Assembly: GCA_951406725.2 (NCBI GenBank)
Contig: OX597823.1
Location: forward strand, 44,268,001-44,332,000
DNA: 64,000 nt
Source of the DNA: Octopus vulgaris
Taxonomy: Eukaryota
Reading direction: 5' to 3'
A model generated the notes under the pieces. The model was not told the origin of the DNA, did not search any database, and worked only from the letters and a program-made list of their open reading frames with translations. Position 1 is the stretch's first letter. Each line of letters opens with the position of its first letter. Below, piece after piece: positions 50,601 through 62,300 of this stretch. The position numbers and the translations under genes were made by a program.

Positions 50601-53600
50601 GCTATGTCCAACATAAACTGACCCCTCTGCATCACATATGACTTGAACCAAATCTCCTCATGCACAACTCATCTGATGCTGCATTCTGAAACCTTGAGAG
50701 CCTTTGCAATGGCTCTGATTGACTTTTCAAAGTATTTAGTGATTATTTCTTGAACTTTTTGCACCAAGTCATGTGTTCTGACGGTATTAAGAAAATTGTG
50801 CATGCATTTTGCATTTAGCAGCTGATCCCCATTCACAGCTTTCAGCTCCTTTTGAGCTTTGACATCGAAGGATTGGGGAACTTTCAGGAAGCGAGCTATC
50901 TCTGTATCACTATGCTGCACTTTTAAGGCAACAATAACAGCATGTCTTTTCATTTGCTGATTCCTAACATTATCTGAAAAGTAAGGCGAAAAAAATAAGT
51001 TAGAAAAAATTTAGCGCTCTTGAAAGAGGTGTCCTCACAAAAACTGATACACCCTGTATATTCATTCACACCAAAGTTGATTTTACCTGTGTGTACACCA
51101 AGTGGATCAAAGTTTTCCATATTGCAAACTGTAATACAATTGTCTTGACAATCACGTACTACTTCATATTCAACTTCTTTCCAGCCGAGCAGAGACTTCT
51201 CAATAAGAACTTGTTTTGTCACTGCCAGAGCCTGAAACAAATACAAAGAATTTGGTGGTATATTTCCAGTTTATTATGACTGTTTCACACTATGTTTCTT
51301 GATATGTCTAATTATGTTTCTCTTTAAAGACAAGTAGAGTTATGGCCTTACTCAACTCAGTACCTTTAGCATCATATCATCACATAACCTTTAAAAATGG
51401 AAGGCTCACCACGAAAGAAATAAAGTGTGATGACTATATCTAAACTGAGAGTTGAAATTATGTATAGGTCACACTTACACATAAGCATTTTGTCAGATAG
51501 TTAAACCAATATTTGCTAATATCCTTTCACTCAAGGTCTACTTTTCACTCTTCCTTCTGAGCCTCTGCTAATACTCTGAAAAATGGCCAACAAAATTACC
51601 CATAATTCAGGCATAATAATGATACGGACACTAAAGACATAAACTAAATTCAGTCTTTATGTATCTGAATTTACTAATTCAAATTATCTTAATCAGGTGA
51701 TAAATATGCTCCAATTAATAAAACTCCACCTTTCAAAAAAATCAGTTAGGTATCTGGTCAAAAGAAATTGTCATGACTTCATTTTAAGCATAGAGTTGAT
51801 TTGAACCAGAATCTGCCAATTTCCCTTAACAATGCAACAGCATTTTTCTCATAAAAAAAACAGGCGTAGGAATGGCTGTATGGTAATTAGCTTGCTTACC
51901 AACCACATGGTTCCAGGTTCAGTCCCACTGCATGACACATTGGGCAAGTGTCTTCTACTATAGCCTCGGGCCGACCAAAGCCTTGTGAGTGGATTTGGTA
52001 GACGGAAACTGAAAGAAGCCCGTCGTATATATGTATATATATATATGTATGTGTGTCTGTGTTTGTCCCCCCAACATTGCTTGACAACCGACACTGGTGT
52101 GTTTACGTCCCTGTAACTTAGCTGTTTGGCAAAAGAGACCAATAGAATAAGTACTAGGCTTACGAAGAATAAGTCCTGGGGTCGATTTGCTCGACTAAAG
52201 GCAGTGCAGCAGCATGGTCACAGTCAAATGACTGAAATAAGTAAAAGAGAAAAAGAGAAAATGGTTGACAGCAGTTACAATGAACACATGGCCTTGCTAA
52301 GCTGATTTATGTCTTTGCCACTTGACCCTTCTAACTTCTTGTATGCGGTGGAGAGTTGAGTTGAGAAAACAGTTGATCTCTAAAGAATACCTAGCGTTCT
52401 CTACAATATACCTATTTTTCTAGCTAGTTTTGGATAGTTATGAATACAAGAACTCTGTAAGCCAAAGTCAGTTAGTGAGAACTGAGTTGGCTAACTGGCT
52501 GAACGAAATGCCATCTCTGAATGAAAGGGCACAGAGGGATAGCTATGGTAACTCACCACCAAAGCAGTTGTTTTGTCCCACCACTCTCACTTTCACTAGC
52601 TCACTTTCCCTACTTTACAACATCACTCTATCGTTTTCCCTGCTGCTAGAATGACAAGAACACAAACACACCTATACAAGAAAAAGCTACAATATCTCTC
52701 TTTACTTTGCATGCTTTACACATTATATTATACGTGCTAGCCCGTCGTGGTTTGGCTATAACAATATGTAATGGTTAATAAATGTTTGTTTACAACTTCA
52801 ATCATGGTTCTTCTTTCATCTTTCACATCTACAACATCAACATCTGTTACAAAATTGTAATTGATTTCAGTTAGCTTGTTGGCTAAACAAGTATCAACAA
52901 GACCAGGAAATAGCAACTTTTTTTTTATAATGGTCCAATTATGTTGATCTTATATTTGCTCATGGCCCTCATCTGTATTATATCATATCTCACATATACA
53001 CCACTGCCACCACTAGCAATGATGTCAGCAAAAATTAAACAAATACTGGCACAAAAGATTGTCTAAAAACCACCAACTGTTCAATGGCTTTATCAAATAT
53101 GAAATTTTTTTAGAAAAAGTCTGAGGGCCAACAAGAACACTTCATTGGCACACCAGTTTATGACTCTTAAAACTCCTGAAGTAAATAAACAGAAAGATAC
53201 ATATATAAGCAATTAACATTAAACTGACAAAGAGATGTATGGATAAATAGATAGACATATAGATGACAAAATATCATTCATTGACAGAAAGACTAGAAAC
53301 AGAAAGATGGATAATCAAATACATAAACATATAGACAAACAAAAAGCTAATCAAAATAATTGTAGTAGTGATAAGTTAAATTAAAGTTAATGAAGACAAG
53401 TACAGGAATAATGAGTATTCAAAAGGAAATTTTGTCAAAACTTATTGAGTCACGTACATGGTTCACAACAGCTTTTAAAGACTGCTTGTCATAGCATACT
53501 CCAGAGCCAAGACCTCCAAGAGCATAGGCAGCTCTCACCATAACAGGATATCCAATGGTTTCTGCTGCATTATATGCATCTTTCAACTGAAAAAGAAGAA

Positions 53601-55483
53601 AAGTGAATATATATATGTAAGTATGTATGTTGCTAAGAGGTGGTTCCACACTTCTCAAAACCCTGGAACTCCTGAACTGGGTAAAGGATAAAGACCTCCT
53701 TCAGTCATGAATGACTATTGGATTGCACCTAGAATGTTCCTCTCTGAGGCACCAGCAGTCGCCCATGCATAACAGCCTCCCTTCTCCATGCCTCTGATGT
53801 TGTCGAAGGAAAAGGCAAAGGCTGATACAGCTAGGTACCAATAACACTGCAACTCATTTCTACAGCTGAGTGAACTGGAGCAATATGAAATAAAGTGTCT
53901 TGCTCATGAACACAACACAGCCTGGTCTGGGAATCAAACTCACTACCTTATGGTTGTGATCCCAATTTTCTAACCACTGAACCATGTGCCTCTTGAACCA
54001 GCAACCCACTTTAAAGCCACACCCAGGTCTACTCTGAAATGGAGTAGTAGCACCCAGGTGTGGATTAACTAGCATATGACTGCTGGGACATAGAAATACT
54101 CAGGTTGGTATTTGAGGATGCAGTAAGCCTACTAGGAGTGAGGGACCCTTGGTCTTTGTTAAGGCATCTGTCAAGGAGAATGCTAACTTGCATGTAAAAT
54201 CTGCAGTCCTACTGAGCCAAAAATCTTGCACTTTGCTCGTCACTGGATTCCTTGGAACTGCAGGTGAGAGAAGTTGTGGTGTTGTGCAAGCCACACTCAA
54301 CTTAAAACCCTTGTACAGACATTGCTGACATTTACCTGTCAACAATATTTACACCTGTCTAACAAGTAAATAGCCATCATCATATGTGTATGTACAAAAT
54401 ATACATAAATGTTGTAAGCCAGTTGTTAATAAACACACACATTTGTTTATTAATGACTGGCTAACAAAGTTATTATTCCATGCCTATCCTTCTGGTAGTT
54501 TTCAAAGCCAATAATTAAACCATTTGAAGGTTAAATATATATCACCATCTCTTCCATTTCTCCCACTGTTATGCCAAGGGCTTCCTCCTTCTCTCACTGA
54601 AGTTCATCTTTTATAAATGTCCACTTTTCTGTCTTCTCTAATAGTCATGTTACCCAGAGCAAATGAAGACAGCATAGATCAGAAATCCTGGGTCAATCTC
54701 ACATCAATGTTATTATAAAATGCATCCAGTGAAGTGGTGAGCAAAGGAGCAGAGATAGTATAGGGTCTACAGAACCTTTAGTTTTGTATTTTCAAGGACT
54801 AGTGCTGGTGTCATGAAAAATGCACTCAAATGCACTCTATAAAGTGACTGGTGCTAGGAGGAGGATACAACCAGAGAAACCATGCCAAAATGGAAACAGA
54901 TGAGTGATGCATGGTTCCTTGACTGAGACTAGTACCACCAGTCAGGTACCAACTCAAACCATGATAACTAGTCCATTTTATGCCAGTATGGTGGTGAAGG
55001 AGGGGAAAGAAGAGAAAACATGCTAGCAGAAAATATAGCCAAGTTGTCTGTGAGTATGAAATGGTAAGAATCTGGAGATATGATAAAGTCTGGAATTAAA
55101 CTGGTCTTGATTATTGTAATGGTTGTGGCAGTGGGATGTAGGAGCATAAGTGTGAGATCTTTAAATAAGGAAGTAGGAGAAATTTATGTTTAATTGAACA
55201 GAAAGCTGATTGTATTGTTTTTATAAACAAGTCCATTGCTTTCACAAGATAGCTCCATAGACGAGATCAACACACCCATTGCTTTTACCAGATGGCTTTT
55301 AAGACACCAGACTGCAATGTGATTATTTTCCAAAACTTTAGTTTAGCTAATTTAATTAGACATGTTTCTTCCATGCAGTTTTAAAATTTTAAACAATCCC
55401 AGAGGAAGTTTTCACTTTATAACTGCAAGGATAATCTCAATAAACTGGAGTTTTTCAATTCATTACATCACATATGTGAGATT

Positions 55484-55541
<58 letters not shown>

Positions 55542-57196
55542 CATGTGATCATCATCATCATCAACATAATTTTAACGTCCACATAACCATGTCAGGCAGA
55601 ATTAGATGACAGATTTTCTATGGTTGGATGCCCTTCATGTCACCAACCTTTACCTATTTCTAAGACCAGACATGTTTTCACATAAGATTGGAAATGAAGG
55701 CCACTACTTCCACGACAGTGACACTTGTTTACAATTATAATGCAATGTCAAGGCAAGGTGACGGTAGCACACATGCAAGGAGAGAAAGTGGAAGATAGCA
55801 TAGAGGTAGGAAGGGAGAGTGGTTAGAATGTAGAGAAAGGATCTCTGGCAGGGAGAGTATGGAGAGCGGACATTGAGAGAAAGGGAAATTAGAGTGGTAG
55901 AGGTTAAGTGAAAGAGCAGTGAGAGAAAGAAAGGCCAAGGAGAGTGGAGAGTTAATGCAATGAGAGCAGAGAGATAAAGGAAGCTGAAAGGAGGAGGAAG
56001 ATGCCATAGGATACCGTAAAAATGGTCAGGAGAGCAAAGGACAAAAGCAGTGAAAGTATCTCTTGTAAAGAGGATGGTGAGAGAAAGACAAGAGAAGAGT
56101 GGTGGGGAATGCATCCCATCCAACAGAACTCTCATCACTAGTATTCTTTCTGCCAGACTTGTGCAAGAGAACAAATTTTCTTCAGTATAGCTTACTGTTA
56201 TAGAACTGGAGGGCCTTATAGTAAACTTAACCAAGACTAAACTTATAAATATAAAAGAATACATGACTATGATGCTATTAAAGAACTGGCTATGCTCAGT
56301 ATAAAGGAAAGGAATTGGTAGAAACTCCATATAGTGTGCCTAGAGTAAGCAATGGTACAGAAGTATATAATGTGAGCATAGGCAGATGAACAGCAAAGAT
56401 AGCATTTGTATGTATTATGTATACATGAGAATTAAGTACAGACTGCATCCAAGGAAAGAGACTCTCTATTGCGCAGGGAGCCCCTAGAAGTAGTCATTAG
56501 CCTTTTGTAAACTAGGTGCCTTATTTAGTAGTGGTGGTGCTCTGAAGCATAGTAACCAGAATGGGGCAGGAGAAGTTCAGGGTGCTCAACTGGAAATGAA
56601 AGACTCCTCCAGAGAGAAAGGTAGATTATATGATGTTTGTGTGTTAAATGTGGTGCCCCATGGTAAAGAGAACTAAACTTTGAAGGAGTAGAGGATTTGA
56701 GAAAAGAAGTACGCATGCTTCATTAAATTTATAATTGTTTCTATTATAGGTACATGGCCTAAAATGCTTGAAGAGGGGTGGGTGGAGCTAATCGATTACT
56801 TTAACCCCAGTGTTGAACTACTAATTTTATTGACCATCGAAAGGATGAAAGGAGAAGTTGACCTTGGTAGAATTTGAATTCAGAACATACAGACAGATGA
56901 AATGCCACTAAGCATTTTGTCTGGCATGCAAACAATCTGCCAACTCACCACCTTTCTTCATTGGAATTATGATGTTAGTGTAAATGACACAATACAAATG
57001 ACCTGGGAAAAGCAAGAGGGAAGACTACATTGGTATGTGCAGGTAATAGATATGGATGAAAACACTTGCATAAAAACATGTGGAGCATTCAAAGAGGATG
57101 GTAGTAGTGAAGTTATATAGTGAAGAAATAAATGGGATGAACAATTACTTGGGTGGTCAACTGATTGAATCTTTCTCACTCACTCACTCACTCACT

Positions 57197-57237
<41 letters not shown>

Positions 57238-58577
57238 ACATAACACACATAGAAACACCTGTATGCTTTTCTCTCAACCTTATATCTGTCTTTCTGCCTC
57301 GCTATCAAAAAACCATAGGCAGTTTCTGACAAGCCTACAAGTAACTACTCATATGTGAATATGACATATATTAAGCAGGCATCCATCCATGCACACACAC
57401 ACACACACTGTTAGAGATTAGCCAAAATTTACTCACATTTTCCACAGCAAAGCTGGGGGCTAATTTCTCATTGATTTCTATCAATCTGTCTGCAAAAATC
57501 TGGCGATCCTCAGTTGCCTCAATTGATTCAACAGGCGTACCAAGTACCTTCACATCATATTCTTTCAAAATACCATTACGATACAACTCCACTCCTATAC
57601 AAAAAGAGGAAAACAGTACTAACAAAGAAACAAAAAACAAAATTGGTAATGCTGACTGAAATTGTGTAGACAAAAACTATCTAATAGCAATCTTTATTGT
57701 TTTTTTTTATTTTTTACTCATTTCAGTAATTTGACTGTGGCCATGCTGGGGCACTGCTTTGAAGAATTTTAGTCAAATGAATCAACACCTGTACTTATAT
57801 AATTTTTTAAAAGCCTGATACATATTCTATTAATCTCAGACGTCGCTAAATTACAGGGAAGTATTAAAAAAAAAAGAAAAAACACACACACACACACACA
57901 AAACAGGCTGACAGATTTCTTTCAGTTTCTGTCTACCAAATCCACTCACAAGGCTTTGGCTAACCTGAGGCTATAGTGGAAGACACTTGTCCAAGTAGCA
58001 ACTGGAACCATGTGGTTGGGAAGCAAACTTCTTATCACACTTACCACACTTACAATTTCTTTTGTAATTAGACTTACCTTCTAATTAAACAATCAAAATT
58101 TGAACTTGGAATAAGATAGTAAACTTTAAAATTGCAACTGCTGTGTCTTTAACCACAATCCTAATATTCTCCTAGTATCAGCAGCTTTTTAGTTTATCAA
58201 TCACAAAGATATAAGAGCAGTCAAGAGAATCAACTTCTCTTATTTCTTCTGGCAGATCAAGATCGATTTTGGAGACAGAAATTAATCACGGAAGTGGAAC
58301 ACATTTTCGGCCTTCATTCTAAAATTTTACTTGTTACTTACCACAGTTCAGTGCTGTCTGACCTCCCATGGAAAGTAGTAAACCATCAGGACGCTCCCTT
58401 TTAATGATCTCTGTCACAAACTCTGCTGTGATTGGCAGAAAATAAACAATATCTGCCTGTTTTGCCCCTTCAGCATTCGTCTGTACTGAAGCAATGTTAG
58501 GATTCATCAGTACGGTCTGAATGTCCTCTTCCTGGAAACAAATGTACAGATTTATCAATATATGGAAGTGTTTGTGC

Positions 58578-58641
<64 letters not shown>

Positions 58642-59327
58642 TCATCATCATTATTATAATCATTTAACATCCATTTTCCATGCTAGCATTGGTTGAATAG
58701 TTTGGCAGACACCAAGCCTGCCTGTCTGCATTAACATAGTTTCTATGGCTGGATGCCCCTCCTAATGCCAACAACTTTCAGAATGCACTGGGTGATTTTT
58801 AAGTGGCAACAGCAGTAGTGAGATAACCAAGTAACCTGCAAGACAAGAACCCTCAACTGAGGCAGGGAGTAGTATTGAAGGACAGAAAAAGGGAAGTCTT
58901 GCATTAGATTTAAAGATTTCATATCCTTTCCAAATCCAAAAACTTACTAAGATGAGAAATTTTCACAAGATGCAAGCATCTCAACAAGTTTCTGTTATTG
59001 AATAGGAGAACACCACCCTCTCTGGATACAGTCTTACAAACAATACTTTCCTAATCAGATTAACCCCATCTTTTCAAATGAACCAAAGGAACACAACTCT
59101 TAACCCCCTTTGTGTGAGTTGGAAACAATTTAAATAATTTTGGGAGGACTCGGCTTTCCATATCTCATTCTATTTTTGAATGTATATAGCTTTTTAGTTT
59201 CGGATACTGAAGCAATGGCTACGCCACTGTTTTATTTATGATATGTGCTCTTCCCATAACATATATCTAGATCTACTTTGAGATAGATTAGAATGCGTTT
59301 CATGAGATACTTAATGTGTGTGTGTGT

Positions 59328-59365
<38 letters not shown>

Positions 59366-62300
59366 AAGAGAGAGAGAGAGGGAGAGAGAGTGTGTGTGTG
59401 GATCATCATCCTTAAATTTATGTCTATTTTTTCCATATTGTCATGGGTCAGATGTCATACAATTCACTGCAAACAACTATACACTATGTGGTAGGCATGA
59501 TGCAGTGCAAGGTTTAATACTAGCACCTGGCTTAAGAGCAGAGTCCATTTGGCTACAAGCACCTGCATGAAATGTCAAGTCTGAAGCTATTTTCTTCCCT
59601 TCGTCCCACCTGTTTGGGAAGCTCTGAAGAAGATTGTAGGCTCTGCTTTCCTCTTCGGACAAAACCATAGAAATATAAAAATGTACAATTGAAGAGATTA
59701 TAGGTTTAGTGTAATGTTTTCTTACCTTTAGAGCCTTCACAGCTTGAGAGCCACTATAATCAAACTCTCCAGCTTGACCAATAGACAGTCCACCACTGCC
59801 CAATACAAGTACTTTATTGACCTGAATATATAAAAATAAAATGCTTGAAGCAAACATGAAAATATTTGAGAGTGTTAAATAAAATTAACATGTCTTCTGT
59901 ATTTGGCAAAATTATTAAAATAATATTAATTAATGAGGCACTAAACATTGTGAGAATGCACATAGCATAATGGTTAGGGTGTTGCACTAATGATTATAAA
60001 ATTGTGGTTTCAATTCCTGGACTGGGTAGTGTGTTGTGATCTTGAGCAAAATACTTCATTTCACATTGCTCCAGTCCACTCAGCTCTACATGAGTTTCCG
60101 CAATAGCTGGGAAATTACTACTATAATGGACTGGCATCCTATTCATGGGGAGTATTGTAATATCAGTTTCATCTAACATGGAATCCAGATTAAGCTCTGC
60201 CCTTATGAGTCCTAGGGCACATGACAGACCTAAACATTGTGTAGCAAAAAATCTGAAATGTAAAGCAAGGTACAACTAACTAGTTTAAGCTTTTGCTGTA
60301 ATATACAATTGAACACACAAATACAAATACTGTATTTTTCTTCTTTTTTATCTCTCCATGGCTACAAAAAGGATTGACCTTACTGGTTTCTGTTCCAATT
60401 GGGACTGCATCAGAAATGAGGTAAATATACCTTATTACTATATATAATGAATTCACTAAATCAGTTCATCTAATAATTTGGAATGCAAGATGTAAAGTAT
60501 TGGTTGTAGCCGTCACTGAAATTTGTAATCAAATACAAGAAAAAAAATGTAAACTGACAAGAACAAGCTGATGTCAAGTGCAATGATTTTGTTCTCACCA
60601 AATTTTTGAGGGCAAGGACCTACTAGTGAATTACAAAGAAGAGCATGTCTCCAGTAGATCTGGTTTTATAAAAACCACTAAAGAGGGAGAGAGAAACTTA
60701 AGAGGTTGGAGAAGGTTGTTCTTAATTGTTGTCTGTTTCACTTTCAGATGTTGGAAGTAAGTGTGATAGGATAAAAGCTGGCAGGATTGGAGGGACTGAA
60801 TAATGTCAGGTCAATAGTCTTGTTGAGTTGAAAGTGACTGGCAATGTTTTCGTAACTGGCATGCATGTGTACAGGGGGAGCAAGTCTGATATGGATGGAA
60901 AAAGATAGGTTTTATGTTTGGGTGTGGAGTTGGATAAAGTGAAAATGGAGGCATTTCAAGATGTTTTGTTGTGAGATACAGTGTGATAGCGAGGGGCCAT
61001 TTTTCAAGTTTGACTGGGGTGGTTACGGGGTGGTGTGTAAGATGAGTGGTTATCAGGAGAATATGAGTAGGGTTTAGAGTGGCATCTAGTCACTCCCCCA
61101 AAAAGCTACAAACTTTTGATTTTTGCACTATATACAGCTGGATTCAAAGAGGATAGTCAACGATTTTACATACCTTTACAGGAGGTTGAGCTTTAGGTGC
61201 TGGTTTCAAAATATGGTACACAGAGGGCTGCTGAGTTTTGACAAGTTCAAGGAAATAGTCGAATAGGAACTGAAATAAGAATTTAAAGATTATCATCATC
61301 ATCATTGATGCAGAACAAACTCATAATGGATACAGCCCTTCCAATCAAAAAACATGTGCAACATTACCTTCACAATTGAGTGACTGGCTTTTTTTTTTCA
61401 GCAAAGATAAACTGACCCCCACTGACAATTATGTTTCCGTTTCAACCTCACAGCTCTACATTCATGTCTCATCATCACATGTTGTAACACTTCTCAGAAA
61501 GTTTTCATAAACATCCATACAGTCATTTCTGGATGACTGTCACTTAGTTCTCTATTTGGTCATCTCTTAGCATAAGAGGTACAAATCTTGTGACAAATCA
61601 ACGTTTTTTTTTTGTCGTTTTTTTTCTTTTAAAATTATGTGGCATAACCCCTTACAGATACTTGCATCTTCAGAAACTTCACAGACAGTCAGGTAATGGT
61701 TTTTATGGATCACAACATGCACTTGAGCAAAGTAATTGTTGTTTATTGTCATGGGAACCATCCAGATTCAGAGTGATCTCAAAGATGATGTTTTTGATTT
61801 GAAACATCGTACTATTTGAGACATGGTATACAGTTCAGAAAATTTACCCCAAAACTTTCTTCCAATATGAAACAAAGTTTTGAACAAACATATTATTGCT
61901 TTTCCAAATCCTTGCCAAGTTAACTAAATATATGTTCACTTTAGCAAGTGCAGATCAATAAGTAAATGATGTGGCATGATGTGGTCCTTATTAAATTGAA
62001 GGTCAAGGTCACACATGAACAGTACTGGTGTCATCATCATCATCACTATTTAACCCTCTCGGGACACCCAGGCGAATTGGTTGGTCCAAGTGATACAAGC
62101 TGAAAGGACTTTGAGGCTGATCCGTTAACCCAATGGAATAAATGGTGTGAATGGTTGGTTTTGAAGTGTAATAGCTAATCAGAGATTGTCTTTCAGTAGA
62201 TGTATTTCAATAGAAAAAATTTTTCGTCTTTTTAGCTACACATAGCAAAGCATCACGTGCCTCAAAAGTGTTAAATATCTACTTTTCCATGCTTGCATGG

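Noticed and set aside
50950-51086. CPS exon frame reads through the intron to a TGA overlapping the transposase ATG (possible fusion or coupled translation)
   Set aside because: Normal donor at 51086 keeps CPS in frame; transposase is frameshifted and truncated; most likely coincidence.
55704-56330. 208-aa ORF
   Set aside because: Antisense of a GA-rich tract plus RTE remnant; L/S/F-rich, no domain.
60380-60430. Candidate for the CPS linker exon
   Set aside because: No similarity to CPS; the true linker exon is 61174-61269.
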